Translations under genes and position numbers: made by a program
Assembly (NCBI GenBank): GCA_021775735.1
Contig: JAJFHG010000022.1
Location: 1 to 58,877, forward strand
From: Hyphomicrobiaceae bacterium
Lineage (GTDB): Bacteria; Pseudomonadota; Alphaproteobacteria; Rhizobiales; Hyphomicrobiaceae
DNA: 58,877 nucleotides
Direction of reading: 5' to 3'
Notes under the pieces: generated by a model
The model's database searches: none
What the model was told of the DNA's origin: nothing
What the model saw: only the letters and a program-made list of their open reading frames with translations
Shown: piece after piece, positions 8,863 through 19,999 of the stretch
Numbering within the stretch: position 1 is the stretch's first letter
Layout: each line of letters opens with the position of its first letter

Positions 8863-11520
8863 TTACTCTGCATTTTTTAGCGCGGCGCGTTGCAACATCG
8901 AGCGCACGGGATCAAGATCGCGCATGTGAACATCCTGTTGCGGGAATGGAATTTCGACACCAGCTTCGTTGAGCGCTTTGAATATGCGCATGCGCAGGTC
9001 CGTCGCCACGCTCAAGCGATTATTGACATCGTCAATATAAGCTCGGACCTTAAAATCAAGAGAGCTGGAGCCGAAGTCTTCAAACGAGATGTTTGGTTTT
9101 GGCTGTTCGAGTATTTTAGGGCAGTCGTTGGTGATCTTAAGCAGCAGGTCGCGCACAAATTCTGGATCAGATTGATAGCTGACGCCGATGGCGACGACGA
9201 CACGGCCCATCGCATTGCGGTGCGTGAGGTTGACGATCGGGTTTGAGATAAATTCTGAGTTTGGAACAATGACGTTGGTGCGATCGAAGGTTTCAATTTC
9301 CGTTGAGCGAACCGAGATACGGCGGACATGACCTTCATAGTTGTTTACTGAGACCCAGTCGCCGACTTTAATTGGTCGCTCAAAAAGAATAATCAGCCCT
9401 GAGACAAAATTATTAACGATGGATTGCAGGCCAAAGCCGATACCGATCGACAAGGCGCCCGCTACGATCGCTAGGTTTGTAATGTCAAAACCTGCGTAGG
9501 ATATGGCCGCGAGGCAAGCCACCACGAAGCCCAGGTAGCCAATGCCAGTGTGAATGGAATGGGCGACACCACGGTCAAAACTGCCCGGCTGCATAAGGCG
9601 GCCTGTAACCCCGCGCTGCATCAAACGGGTTACGAACAAGATCGCAACAAACAGTCCGGCCGCGAGCAATAATTGCACCACCGAAATACGGAATTGGCCA
9701 ATCTGGAAGCCAAATAACAACGACTTCACCCAATAGAGTGCGTCTCCAACCGAGTAGCCCCAAGAGACGAACAACACTGGCACAGCAAGAAACGGCAATG
9801 CCGTATATAGAAGTACAGATGTGGCACGTGTCAGCAGACGGGCCTGCAATTCTTCAAGTCGAAGTTGCGTGCGCAGCGTACGCTCAAGAGGGCGGTCCTT
9901 GAGTTCTCCGACCTGGCGCGTCAAGGCACGAATTGCAAGCCAGAGAAGTGATCCAACGACGATCAGGCAACCCATGACGATAACCTGGCCAGCGACAAAC
10001 CGGCCCAGTGCCACGTAGCCCAAGAGCGCGGCCGCCGTCATGGCAATGGCCAACAGTAAGGCAGGCCACTTCAACCATTTAGGCACCATGCTGGTGTCGG
10101 ACGTTTCGGCTGACGGGTCCAGAAGATCGCGTTGGACGGCATCGGTGTCATCGTCCTCGACATTGAGGTTGGTTGTCTTGCCGCGATTGGCGAGCGGTGT
10201 GCGTACAAAAGCAAATAGCAGCGCGGCCGATGCCAATGTCACAAGGGCGGCCTCTGCAACGCGCACTGGAAGCGGTAGGAACAGCGCCTGCATCACGTGT
10301 TGAAGAACAAGATCGGCTCCATAGACGCCGGCCATCGCGGTAAAGATGTTCGCTAAGCGTTTGGCCGAGGCGCTTGGCAGATCAAACAGACGCCACGCAG
10401 GGCGTCTAGGTTGAAGGATGGCATAGGAGAGTGCCCACACGGTCAACACGATGAGGATTGCTGACAAAGAGATTTTTGCAAGACGCACGATGTCGAGTGG
10501 CATCAGCTCCAGAGCACTTAGTCCGATATAGAGCGCTGCTACTGCAACCGCGCCGGGAATGAGTAAAGTCGCGGTGACCCAGATCGCCGCGAGTACGCGT
10601 TGGAAAAAGGTTTCAGGGTCTTCTTCCTCGCGCCGGGCAAGGCCCCAGGCACGTGTGCGAACCATCCCGCGACGTAACAGTTCAAACACGCCCACAGCAA
10701 AGGCCACCAGCGCAAGGAGCAAAGGCCATCGACCTTCAAGCGTGCGTCCCCAACTTGCAAACAGTGAAGCCATTTGAGAGATGGCAGGCGGTAGATCGCG
10801 TGCCACATCACGCCAAAGGGATGGTGCCAGCGGGGACCGCCCCTGAGCAAGAACGGCTTGCGCAAAAATGCGCTGGCGTAAGTTCTGCGCCCTGCCAGAC
10901 AATTGGCGCACACGTTCTTGCGCCAGTTCTGCTGCTTTTAAAGCGCCTGCGATTTGTGCCTTATCGTCAGTAAGGCGCTCCCGCTCTTGGCGAATTTGAT
11001 CGGACTCAGGTGGCTCTTTGTCTTTCGGTTTGGGACCAAGTTTCTCAATCTGACTATTCACGTCAGAGAGTTTGGGATCAAGTTTGCTTGCAGTTTCCGA
11101 TGCCGCATCCGAAATCTCTCTTAATTTGGATTGCGTGCTGGCAAGGAAAGCATCTTCGCGTGGCTGGTCTTTGATCGCTGTTTCAAGCTTATCAATGTTC
11201 TTTTTTAATGTATCGAGGGCCTGAACCAGTTCGCCAATTGGTGTTACGGGCGCCTTTGGCGCAGCGGCCACCGACACCACATTAGATGTCGTCTCTGGGG
11301 TCTGTCTGGGTGGTTCAATCGACGGTGTTACGTCAGCGCCTGGCTCAGTTTTTTGCGCCTGACGGTTCTCGGGTAGACCGCCGGTTATCAGCTCTTTCTG
11401 AGGCGCAAAGTTTGGCAGCTCGTGCGATGGTGAGGACGGAAACGACCAGAAGTGCACGGCAGCCGAAACAACCACCACGCAGGATAAAACAGCAAAGTAC
11501 CAAAAACGTCGGGACAACAT
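8863..11520 (-). CDS. mscK: MscK/KefA-type mechanosensitive channel of the MscS family
   Basis: The 885-aa product has an N-terminal signal peptide and a periplasmic coiled-coil region, followed by multiple transmembrane helices. The C-terminal MscS domain includes LSIGIGFGLQSIVNNFVSGLIILFERPIKVGDWV. Confidence 0.8.
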   Translation of the reverse strand: MLSRRFWYFAVLSCVVVVSAAVHFWSFPSSPSHELPNFAPQKELITGGLPENRQAQKTEPGADVTPSIEPPRQTPETTSNVVSVAAAPKAPVTPIGELVQALDTLKKNIDKLETAIKDQPREDAFLASTQSKLREISDAASETASKLDPKLSDVNSQIEKLGPKPKDKEPPESDQIRQERERLTDDKAQIAGALKAAELAQERVRQLSGRAQNLRQRIFAQAVLAQGRSPLAPSLWRDVARDLPPAISQMASLFASWGRTLEGRWPLLLALVAFAVGVFELLRRGMVRTRAWGLARREEEDPETFFQRVLAAIWVTATLLIPGAVAVAALYIGLSALELMPLDIVRLAKISLSAILIVLTVWALSYAILQPRRPAWRLFDLPSASAKRLANIFTAMAGVYGADLVLQHVMQALFLPLPVRVAEAALVTLASAALLFAFVRTPLANRGKTTNLNVEDDDTDAVQRDLLDPSAETSDTSMVPKWLKWPALLLAIAMTAAALLGYVALGRFVAGQVIVMGCLIVVGSLLWLAIRALTRQVGELKDRPLERTLRTQLRLEELQARLLTRATSVLLYTALPFLAVPVLFVSWGYSVGDALYWVKSLLFGFQIGQFRISVVQLLLAAGLFVAILFVTRLMQRGVTGRLMQPGSFDRGVAHSIHTGIGYLGFVVACLAAISYAGFDITNLAIVAGALSIGIGFGLQSIVNNFVSGLIILFERPIKVGDWVSVNNYEGHVRRISVRSTEIETFDRTNVIVPNSEFISNPIVNLTHRNAMGRVVVAIGVSYQSDPEFVRDLLLKITNDCPKILEQPKPNISFEDFGSSSLDFKVRAYIDDVNNRLSVATDLRMRIFKALNEAGVEIPFPQQDVHMRDLDPVRSMLQRAALKNAE

Positions 11521-11639
11521 TAAGCTTCCAAGTTTGGATATGGGTTGGACACCCGATCATCGTGATGATCCGACATCCTGGTGCCAACTATTCTGGGAAT
11601 GCAGTACACGCGGCGAGCGATGACGTCGGAAAGATTATT

Positions 11640-12038
11640 CTAGTTTTCACCAACAGCTTTACTAAACGTGCGTGCTGGTCGTGAGAACACGGGTTCACTC
11701 ACGCTGGCTGCGGCTTGTTGTGGTTCAGCGGCTTTTGTTGCTCGTGCGATTGAAGCGGGCGAAGCGGTGCCAGCACCAATGCCTGTCTCAATAACAACAT
11801 CAACTGGACCACCCGTCATAATCAGATGTTCGACATTGTCGCGTCTGACCAGCAGTAGCCGACGTTTGCCGTCGACATTTGCATGATCAATAACATCTAG
11901 ACGTCGTTCGCGCCCTGTTGCCAGAATTGATCCAAAAGGAAGTGCGCCAGAAAGATATGCCTTTATGCCAATGCCGATGGCAAAAACGATACCTATGAGC
12001 ACAACCATCCAAATGAGATAGGACATTAAATCCCACAT
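11640..12038 (-). CDS. FliO-like small membrane protein (orphan)
   Basis: An N-terminal transmembrane helix is followed by RRLDVIDHANVDGKRRLLLVRRDNVEHLIMTGGP, which fits the FliO-family pattern R.L.V.....L.....L.LV......LL.G. No other flagellar genes are in the window. Confidence 0.4.
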   Translation of the reverse strand: MWDLMSYLIWMVVLIGIVFAIGIGIKAYLSGALPFGSILATGRERRLDVIDHANVDGKRRLLLVRRDNVEHLIMTGGPVDVVIETGIGAGTASPASIARATKAAEPQQAAASVSEPVFSRPARTFSKAVGEN

Positions 12039-12391
12039 TACCCCGTACCCCGTTGCGCTGAACGTTAAGATTCAGCGTCCTGTCTTTTTCAGTGGTTGCA
12101 TGCCCTCTTGGCCCGCATATGCCCTAAATTGGCACGCTAATTTAGAAGATCTGCACCGCTGAAGCCGCTTTTGCTTCCACCAGCATTCTGGTGACGAATA
12201 ATTGCCAGACCTATAGCGCGGATTTCATGTCATTTTAACCTTAATCATCGAACTGTTGACAGGTGTTCCAAGCATTGGGGGCGTGGCGGCTGTTGGTCCT
12301 GCGGTTCAGTGGCTTGAAAGCCCAGTTTTAAAGCGCTGGGCGGCAAAGCGGGCGCGTCAAACGGTCGAGTAAAAGGCCTGGATAAAGAGTA

Positions 12392-15034
12392 TTGAGTGAA
12401 GTGAGTACCACGATGATGAAGGCGCCCCGGGCCCTTTCCTACCAGAATCAGATAGCCTTCGCCGCCATGAGTAATGGCAACTTCCCAAGGGGCCCGCGTA
12501 CGGCTGCTGCAACGGCTTCAGTTGGTCCGGTTTCCCGACCTGAATCCACGTCAGACGATGGCGCTGGCTTTGATGGTCTGCACCTGCTGGCCTATGGCGC
12601 ACTTGCAGCCGGTGTTGTGTTGGCCTTATTGGCGAGCCAAGACACCAAGCCGTTACTGCTGACAGCGCTGGCTGTCTTGTCGATGTTTGGCGCCTTCTTT
12701 TTGTTTGGTATTGCTGCGGGCCACATTCGCATCGGTGAGCGTGTGAGTGAGCGAGAACTGCTGCGCTCGTTGCTCGAGGGTTTTGATGATGGTGTTTTAG
12801 TTACCGACCGTGACGGGCGTCACCTGTACGCCAATTCTGTGCTCGGTCAGCTTCTGCAAGAAGCAGACGGGCGCACGGTGCAATCCATCGAATTGGCCTT
12901 TCAGGACCAGAATGGTCCGCAGGAGGCCATATATCGTTTGATGCGGGCGGCGGCACGCGGTGAAATTTGGCGTGAGGACATCCTGGCGACAGGTCCCCAA
13001 TCCAACCAACAGCGCCGGATGCGGATTTCACACAAGCCCTTCACCATGCCGGGCCGAGAGCGCGAATTTGCTCCGCTCGTGTTGTGGAATATTGCCGATA
13101 TAACGATTGAGCATGACCAAGCCTTCAGTCAGGTACAGTCTTTGGAATCCGCAATTGCAGCCTATGACCAGGCGCCGGTTGGTTTGGTTTCCATTGCACC
13201 CGATGGCCGCATTACGCAGGTGAGCGCCGCGTTTGCACGCTGGTTGGGTACAACAGGGCCACAAATCCAAGAGCGTGGCTTGTTTCTCAATGATATTCTG
13301 ACCAAAGACAGCCTTTCAATGCTGCGATCGAGTGTGCGTGAAGCGGGTGCTGATGGCGCAATGATGGACCTTGATGTCATTGGCGAAGATGGTCGCCAAG
13401 TGACAATGACGATTGTGGCGCGGCAACTCAACGAAGGCGGACTTATGATTGCAGCGCGCAATCAGTTGATGGCCGCGCAAAGCTCGGCAACCGCCCTGCA
13501 AACTGGCGACTCTGGCCTTGCAAGCTTTTTCCAAGCCGCACCGTTTGGTATTGCAACTATTACGCGAGATGGCCGCATCTCCAGCGCCAATGCTGCGTTC
13601 GCACGCATGATCTTGGATGGCACCAGCGGTATTGGTGCATCAGCCCTTGAGGTGCTCACGCGTTCTGCAAGAGGGGCGGCAAAAACTGAAATTTCCAAAG
13701 CCCTTGATGGCGCGATGGGGGGCAAGGCACAGCCCACCCCAATTGAAATTTATGTGGGCGACGACCAGCAGTATGCCCGCCGCGTTTATATGAGTCCGGT
13801 TCAGAACGGGGCAGATACGGGCGAAACCGCAATCCTCTACGTGTTGGACGCTACTGAGCAGAAATCGCTGGAAGCGAAGTTTGCGCAAAGTTCTAAAATG
13901 GAGGCGGTGGGCAAACTTGCAGGTGGCATCGCGCATGACTTTAACAATGTGCTGACAGCGATTATTGGCTTTTCTGATTTGCTATTGCAGACCCATAGGC
14001 CAACAGATCCAGCCTACAAGGACATCAGCAATATCCGTTCAAGCGCCAATCGTGCTGCAGCACTTGTTGCACAATTGTTGGCCTTTTCACGGCGTCAAAC
14101 GTTGCAGCCAGAGCCGTTACAACTTGGTGAGGTTGTCAGCGACTGGGTCAATTTGATGAAGCGCACCATTGGTGAGCATGTTGAGATGAAGGTGCTGACA
14201 GGACGCGACCTGTGGCATGTGAAAACGGATAAAACCCAATACGAGCAGGTCATCACAAATTTGGTGGTCAATGCCAAAGATGCCATGCCTGACGGTGGCA
14301 CGCTGACCATTCGCACGCGTAATGTTTCTGAACGAGACGTGCAAAAGCAACCACAACTTGTCATGCCGGTTGGCGAATATGTGCTGACCGAGGTTGAAGA
14401 CTCAGGCTGCGGCATGAGTGAAGATGTTTTGGCGAAAATTTTTGAGCCGTTCTTTACGACCAAAGACGTGGGTAAGGGAACGGGCCTCGGTCTTGCGACG
14501 TGCTACGGCATCGTCAAGCAATCCGGCGGGTTTATCTTCCCCGAAAGCGTGCCCGGCCGGGGAACGACATTCCGCGTATATCTGCCGCGTTACATTCCAA
14601 CTAAGAAAGACGCTGAAGCAGGAGATCAAAAAGGCTCCAAGAAAGATCGCCAGCGTGATCTTACCGGCACCGGACGTGTGTTGCTGGTTGAAGATGAAGA
14701 TGTGGTGCGCAGTTTTGCAGCCCGTGCACTCAAGCGCCAAGGTTACGAAGTGCTGGAAGCCGACAGTGGCGTTGCCGCATTGGATGTGATGGAGGAGTGC
14801 AATCATAATATTGATATCGTGGTCTCAGACGTTGTCATGCCGGAGATGGATGGGCCAACACTTCTCAAGGAACTGCGCAAGCAAAACCCAGACCTCAAAA
14901 TCATCTTTGTATCGGGCTACCCCAACGAAGCGTTTGAGAACAGCTTAGGCTCAGGTCAACAATTTGCCTTCCTTCCCAAGCCATTCTCGTTGCCGCAGTT
15001 GGCAGCGAAAGTAAAAGAAGAGCTGGCGAAGTGA
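12392..15034 (+). CDS. cckA: Hybrid sensor histidine kinase/response regulator, CckA-like
   Basis: The protein has two N-terminal transmembrane helices, PAS regions and an H-box ([21 protein letters not shown]). These are followed by HATPase motifs ([13 protein letters not shown]) and a C-terminal receiver domain ([11 protein letters not shown]...[12 protein letters not shown]). The gene lies next to recA-alaS. Confidence 0.7.
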   Translation: MSEVSTTMMKAPRALSYQNQIAFAAMSNGNFPRGPRTAAATASVGPVSRPESTSDDGAGFDGLHLLAYGALAAGVVLALLASQDTKPLLLTALAVLSMFGAFFLFGIAAGHIRIGERVSERELLRSLLEGFDDGVLVTDRDGRHLYANSVLGQLLQEADGRTVQSIELAFQDQNGPQEAIYRLMRAAARGEIWREDILATGPQSNQQRRMRISHKPFTMPGREREFAPLVLWNIADITIEHDQAFSQVQSLESAIAAYDQAPVGLVSIAPDGRITQVSAAFARWLGTTGPQIQERGLFLNDILTKDSLSMLRSSVREAGADGAMMDLDVIGEDGRQVTMTIVARQLNEGGLMIAARNQLMAAQSSATALQTGDSGLASFFQAAPFGIATITRDGRISSANAAFARMILDGTSGIGASALEVLTRSARGAAKTEISKALDGAMGGKAQPTPIEIYVGDDQQYARRVYMSPVQNGADTGETAILYVLDATEQKSLEAKFAQSSKMEAVGKLAGGIAHDFNNVLTAIIGFSDLLLQTHRPTDPAYKDISNIRSSANRAAALVAQLLAFSRRQTLQPEPLQLGEVVSDWVNLMKRTIGEHVEMKVLTGRDLWHVKTDKTQYEQVITNLVVNAKDAMPDGGTLTIRTRNVSERDVQKQPQLVMPVGEYVLTEVEDSGCGMSEDVLAKIFEPFFTTKDVGKGTGLGLATCYGIVKQSGGFIFPESVPGRGTTFRVYLPRYIPTKKDAEAGDQKGSKKDRQRDLTGTGRVLLVEDEDVVRSFAARALKRQGYEVLEADSGVAALDVMEECNHNIDIVVSDVVMPEMDGPTLLKELRKQNPDLKIIFVSGYPNEAFENSLGSGQQFAFLPKPFSLPQLAAKVKEELAK

Positions 15035-15607
15035 TCGTTGCTTAAGGCACGCTACATGCGCCGTTCAAAATCCCAAGACCTGAAATGCATGGAACCCCCC
15101 AGGAAGAAATCCGTAGGGGGTTCAGCGCTTAGTTCTCAGTAGATATGGATAGAAGAGTTTAGGTGCTCAAATATTGCACATGGCGACACGTTTCCCCTGT
15201 GTTCCCCCGGTGCATTTTCAATCAAAACACCGTTTAGACACGCCGTAAAGGAGAAAATGACGGGTGCGGATAATGTCAAATAAGTTCAAGGCTTTGCGGT
15301 TTTTTGTTATGACTGATTGTTAGATAACAGCTCAAAAATTTCTGTTTCAGCGCCCATTCAGCGAGAAAAAAACTGTAATCGTGGGCAAAGTGGCGGGCCG
15401 ATCACCGCACCGGCTGACAGGCTTTTGTTTTGCAAATTTGCGTTTTATGAAAGCATGTGGGCGCGTAGCTGTGTGCAACTGCTAAACCAACCGCTTCTAG
15501 CCTTTTAGAATCGTACGATATCGCAATAGTTGGGTGCTGGATCTGGTCGGATATAGCTGGTTAGAACACGGCGCGTCAGGGTAGAACATTCGACGAATCA
15601 CGAGTAA

Positions 15608-15622
15608 GAACAACAATCGAAC
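15608..15622. promoter_or_regulatory. LexA (SOS) box of the alphaproteobacterial type, GAAC-N7-GAAC
   Basis: GAACAACAATCGAAC is a perfect match to the GTTC-N7-GTTC direct-repeat LexA motif. It lies about 115 nt upstream of recA. Confidence 0.7.
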
Positions 15623-15676
15623 ATACAGCAATAAATCGTATAAATAGAACACGTTAACACCCTATCGACAAATGAG

Positions 15677-15691
15677 AACAAATAGAGTACA
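15677..15691. promoter_or_regulatory. Second, imperfect LexA box (GAAC-N7-GTAC)
   Basis: GAACAAATAGAGTAC lies about 45 nt upstream of the recA start. One half-site is degenerate. Confidence 0.4.
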
Positions 15692-15737
15692 TTGTGCGGC
15701 ATTGATGAACCGCAATGTGTGACATAGGGTGAAAAAA

Positions 15738-16868
15738 ATGACCAAGCCAGATCTCAAGGTCGTTGGAGGGGGCAGCATGGATAAGCAAAAGGCGCTCGAC
15801 GCGGCTTTAGCGCAAATCGACAAGAACTTTGGCAAAGGCTCGATTATGCGCCTTGGTCAAAAAGATAAGACACTCGACATTGAGGCGATCTCTACGGGTT
15901 CGCTTGGTCTTGATATTGCCCTTGGCATTGGTGGCCTGCCGCGCGGTCGTATTGTTGAAATTTATGGTCCAGAAAGCTCAGGTAAAACAACGCTGGCTCT
16001 GCACGCTGTTGCAGAAGCCCAGAAGATTGGTGGCACGTGTGCCTTTGTTGATGCCGAGCACGCACTTGATCCTATTTATGCCAGAAAACTTGGCGTCAAT
16101 GTTCAAGATCTGTTGATCTCGCAACCTGATACCGGTGAACAGGCGCTTGAGATTGCAGACACCCTCGTCAGGTCGGGTGCTGTCGATATCCTCGTCATTG
16201 ATAGTGTTGCTGCACTTACACCAAAGGCAGAGCTTGAAGGTGATATGGGTGACAGCCTTCCAGGCCTGCAGGCCCGTTTGATGAGCCAAGCATTGCGTAA
16301 GCTGACAGGGTCAATCTCAAAATCTCAGTGCATGGTGGTGTTTATCAACCAGATCCGCATGAAGATTGGCGTGATGTTCGGAAACCCGGAAACCACAACC
16401 GGTGGCAATGCTTTGAAGTTTTATTCTTCAGTTCGCCTTGATATCCGTCGCATTGGTACGATTAAAAATCGCGATGAGCCCGTTGGTAATCAGACCCGCG
16501 TGAAGGTCGTCAAGAATAAGGTGGCACCTCCATTTAAGCAGGTCGAATTCGACATCATGTATGGCGAAGGCATCTCTAAAACAGGTGAGTTGATTGACCT
16601 TGGTGTTAAGGCGGGCATCGTGGATAAATCTGGCGCGTGGCTGTCCTATAAAGGAGAGCGTATTGGTCAAGGTCGCGAGAATGCCAAAACATTCCTACGT
16701 GAACATCCAGACACCGCACGTGAAATTGAAAACGCAGTCCGTCATAATGCTGGTTTGATCGTCGATAAGATGTTGATTGATGAAACGGCAGACGATAACG
16801 ACGGTGACGAAGTGCCAGACGCAGATGGGGTCTTGCCAGACAAGCAAGATAGCAAAAAATCAGCCTAA
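15738..16868 (+). CDS. recA: Recombinase RecA
   Basis: The product contains [26 protein letters not shown], the Walker A motif [12 protein letters not shown], and the L1/L2 loop regions. The ATG at 15738 is preceded by AGGGTG; an upstream GTG at 15729 is also possible. Confidence 0.95.
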   Translation: MTKPDLKVVGGGSMDKQKALDAALAQIDKNFGKGSIMRLGQKDKTLDIEAISTGSLGLDIALGIGGLPRGRIVEIYGPESSGKTTLALHAVAEAQKIGGTCAFVDAEHALDPIYARKLGVNVQDLLISQPDTGEQALEIADTLVRSGAVDILVIDSVAALTPKAELEGDMGDSLPGLQARLMSQALRKLTGSISKSQCMVVFINQIRMKIGVMFGNPETTTGGNALKFYSSVRLDIRRIGTIKNRDEPVGNQTRVKVVKNKVAPPFKQVEFDIMYGEGISKTGELIDLGVKAGIVDKSGAWLSYKGERIGQGRENAKTFLREHPDTAREIENAVRHNAGLIVDKMLIDETADDNDGDEVPDADGVLPDKQDSKKSA

Positions 16869-16895
16869 GGCGCGAGACCTCGGATAACGAATAGG

Positions 16896-16930
16896 GGCGG
16901 TCCACCAAGTGGTAGACCGCTCTTTTTTTT
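16896..16930 (+). terminator. Rho-independent terminator of recA
   Basis: The hairpin GCGGTCCACC-aagt-GGTAGACCGC is followed by TCTTTTTTTT. Confidence 0.7.
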
Positions 16931-17178
16931 AATGTGCTCACAAAAGTTTGGGTGAGGGGGCGCAGAGACAGGTCAACGAAGTATGCACCCTGAAATCCCG
17001 GCTGATGGCTGGTGGTTTTGTGGGGGCAGGACAAAGGGCTTGGTGGACAGGTGCCCAGCCCATCGCTAAAACCGGCACCAATTTGGTGCACCACCTGGGT
17101 GTCGCCACCCGCGCTTAATCGAGGTTAGTTTTTGCTGACCTCTATTGGCACCAATTTCTGACCGATGAGCACGACCAC

Positions 17179-19845
17179 ATGACAGGCGTCAACGATATTC
17201 GACGAGCTTTTCTCGACTACTTTGAAAAAAGTGGTCACGAGGTTGTTCCCTCCGCACCCTTGGTGCCACTCAATGATCCAACTTTGATGTTCACCAACGC
17301 TGGTATGGTGCCGTTTAAAAACGTGTTCACGGGGCAGGAGAAACGCGATTACACCACCGCAGTCTCGTCACAAAAGTGCGTGCGCGCCGGTGGTAAGCAC
17401 AACGATCTCGACAACGTTGGCTATACTGCACGCCATCACACTTTTTTTGAGATGCTCGGCAACTTTTCGTTTGGTGATTATTTTAAACAGGAGGCGATTG
17501 CGCTCGCCTGGGGGTTGCTCACAAAAGAGTTCGGACTTGATGCCAAACGCTTGCTGATCACAGTCTATCATGATGATGATCAAGCATTTGATATTTGGAA
17601 AAAAGTTACAGGTTTTAACGACAGCAAAATTATTCGCATCGCGACCAGCGATAATTTTTGGTCGATGGGTGCAACTGGGCCGTGCGGACCGTGCTCTGAA
17701 ATCTTCTTTGACCATGGCGATAAGATTAAAGGTGGTCCGCCAGGGTCAAAAGATGAGGATGGCGACCGGTTTGTCGAAATCTGGAATCTGGTCTTTATGC
17801 AGTTTGACCAGCATGATGATAAAACCCGCCTTGATTTGCCGAAGCCATCAATTGACACTGGTATGGGGCTTGAGCGTATTGCTGCGGTGCTGCAAGGCAC
17901 ACACGACAATTATGAAACCGATCTCTTCCAAGCCTTGATTCATGCTTCCGTTGAAGCATGTGGTGTTGACGCCAAAGGCGAACATGGGGTCAGCCACCGT
18001 GTTATTGCAGATCACCTGCGCGCATCTTGTTTTTTGATTGCTGACGGCGTTTTGCCATCCAATGAAGGGCGTGGCTACGTCGTGCGTCGCATCATGCGCC
18101 GCGCGATGCGCCATGCACATATGCTTGGGGCCAAAGATCCAGTGATGTATCAACTGGTGCCAACGTTGCTGCATGAAATGGGCGATACATTTGGTGAGCT
18201 GCGCCGCGCAGAAACGTTGATTACCGAAACGCTAAAGCTGGAAGAAGGTCGCTTTGGCAAAACGCTGGACAAGGGGCTCGGTATTTTAGGCGACGCCACG
18301 AAGGGCTTGAAAAAAGGTGGTGTGCTCTCGGGCGACGTGGCGTTTAAACTTTACGACACATACGGGTTTCCACTTGACCTAACTGAAGACGCACTACGCG
18401 CACGAGATATTACAGTCGATAACGCTGCCTTTGCCAAGGCAATGGAAAAGCAAAAGGCTGATGCACGCAAAGCTTGGAAAGGGTCCGGCGATCAGGCCAC
18501 CGATACGGTTTGGTTTGAGATTGCCGATGCGTTGCCTGCAACAGAGTTTCTTGGCTACAAGACGCTTAACGCAGATGGCAAAGTCGTCGCACTTGTGAAA
18601 GATGGAAAGCCTGTCAAACGCTTGAAGTCTGGTGAGTGCGGACAAGTGATTGTCAATCAGACGCCATTTTATGGCGAGTCGGGTGGCCAGGTTGGTGACC
18701 TGGGTGAGATCACCTCTGATGCCGGCTTTGCTATGACGATTAGCGATACCCAAAAGAAGCTTGCCAGATTACATGTTCACGCTGGAACGGTCAGCGCCGG
18801 CACCGTTAAAATTGGAGATACAGTGAGGCTTGCTGTTGACGCTGCGCGCCGTCAGGCAACACGCGCCAACCACTCAGCAACGCATCTCTTGCATGAAGCC
18901 TTGCGCCAGGTGTTGGGCACCCATGTCGCCCAGAAAGGGTCGCTCGTCGCCCCCGAACGGTTGAGATTTGATTTTTCACACACCAAGCCGATAGCCGACG
19001 ATGAGCTTAGCAAAATTGAAACTCTGGCTAACCAGGTGGTGGAGGAGAACGCACCGATTGAAACCCACTTGATGACCTATAACGAAGCACTTGAAACGGG
19101 TGCCATGGCCTTGTTTGGAGAAAAGTATGGCGATGAAGTACGCGTGGTCTCGATGGGAGCTGCAACATCTGACCAGGCAGACAAGAAAGCCTGGTCGATT
19201 GAGCTATGCGGTGGCACGCATGCAGCGCGCACAGCTGACATTGGACTGATACGTATTGTGTCAGAATCGGCATCGGCAGCCGGTATCCGCCGTATTGAGG
19301 CTCTGACAGGAGAAGGCGCGCGCGCACATCTCGTCCAGCAGGATGATCGCGTTAGAGAACTGGCAAGTTTACTTAAAACCAATCCGGATGATCTCGTCAC
19401 TCGTGTGCGTGCGTTGGCAGATGAACGTAAAGCCTTGGAACGCGCCTTGGCTGAGGCCAAGAAACAGGCGGCGCTCGGCGCTTCTGGGTCTGGCGGGGAC
19501 AGTGCCATAGAAATTGCAGGTACCAAGTTTTTGAAACTGTCAGTAGTGGATGTTGCAACTAAAGATTTGAAGGCAATGGCAGACGAAGCGCGCGGCGGTC
19601 TTGGTTCTGGTATCGTTGCTGTCGTCAATGCGGCCGGTGATGGCAAGCTCGGAATTGTCGTCTCGGTGTCATCTGATTTGACCGACAGATTTAGCGCTAT
19701 TGATTTGGTGCGCGCGGCGTCCGCGAGCGTTGGTGGCAAGGGTGGGGGTGGTCGCCCGGATATGGCCCAAGCCGGTGGTCCCGATGGCAAAGACGCGGAC
19801 AAAGCGCTCAGTGCCATTGAAGCGGCAATCAAAGCTAAAGCCTAA
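17179..19845 (+). CDS. alaS: Alanine--tRNA ligase
   Basis: The 888-aa product has a class II catalytic core ([28 protein letters not shown]), an editing domain ([11 protein letters not shown]) and a C-terminal DHHA1 region. Confidence 0.95.
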   Translation: MTGVNDIRRAFLDYFEKSGHEVVPSAPLVPLNDPTLMFTNAGMVPFKNVFTGQEKRDYTTAVSSQKCVRAGGKHNDLDNVGYTARHHTFFEMLGNFSFGDYFKQEAIALAWGLLTKEFGLDAKRLLITVYHDDDQAFDIWKKVTGFNDSKIIRIATSDNFWSMGATGPCGPCSEIFFDHGDKIKGGPPGSKDEDGDRFVEIWNLVFMQFDQHDDKTRLDLPKPSIDTGMGLERIAAVLQGTHDNYETDLFQALIHASVEACGVDAKGEHGVSHRVIADHLRASCFLIADGVLPSNEGRGYVVRRIMRRAMRHAHMLGAKDPVMYQLVPTLLHEMGDTFGELRRAETLITETLKLEEGRFGKTLDKGLGILGDATKGLKKGGVLSGDVAFKLYDTYGFPLDLTEDALRARDITVDNAAFAKAMEKQKADARKAWKGSGDQATDTVWFEIADALPATEFLGYKTLNADGKVVALVKDGKPVKRLKSGECGQVIVNQTPFYGESGGQVGDLGEITSDAGFAMTISDTQKKLARLHVHAGTVSAGTVKIGDTVRLAVDAARRQATRANHSATHLLHEALRQVLGTHVAQKGSLVAPERLRFDFSHTKPIADDELSKIETLANQVVEENAPIETHLMTYNEALETGAMALFGEKYGDEVRVVSMGAATSDQADKKAWSIELCGGTHAARTADIGLIRIVSESASAAGIRRIEALTGEGARAHLVQQDDRVRELASLLKTNPDDLVTRVRALADERKALERALAEAKKQAALGASGSGGDSAIEIAGTKFLKLSVVDVATKDLKAMADEARGGLGSGIVAVVNAAGDGKLGIVVSVSSDLTDRFSAIDLVRAASASVGGKGGGGRPDMAQAGGPDGKDADKALSAIEAAIKAKA

Positions 19846-19999
19846 CTATATTTATGGCATTTCGGTATGCGGGCCACAGCTTGAGGTTATTCTGTGGGGC
19901 GTTCGGAGTGTCATCCTAAAAGGGTTCATGTGGTGATAGGATCTCGCGAGCGCTGTCCTCGTTTGGAGGCTGCCAACACAATCGTTAAAGGATTCAATT

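Noticed and set aside
12053-12090. Hairpin CGCTGAA-cgttaaga-TTCAGCG followed by a T-rich tract, as a plus-strand terminator.
   Set aside because: No plus-strand gene ends upstream of it. It lies in the 5' region of the FliO-like gene and is more likely a leader structure or a coincidence.
15088-15125. Hairpin GAACCCCCC...GGGGGTTC downstream of cckA as a terminator.
   Set aside because: The loop is long (15 nt) and no T-run follows. It is at best a weak, non-canonical terminator.
16606-17094. A 162-aa minus-strand ORF spanning the recA 3' end and the recA-alaS intergenic region.
   Set aside because: It overlaps recA and its terminator. The His/Arg-rich sequence looks non-protein-like.
19077-19832. 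A 251-aa minus-strand ORF inside alaS.
   Set aside because: It is antisense to the strongly supported alaS, and its Ala/Ser/Pro-rich composition is typical of GC-rich antisense frames.
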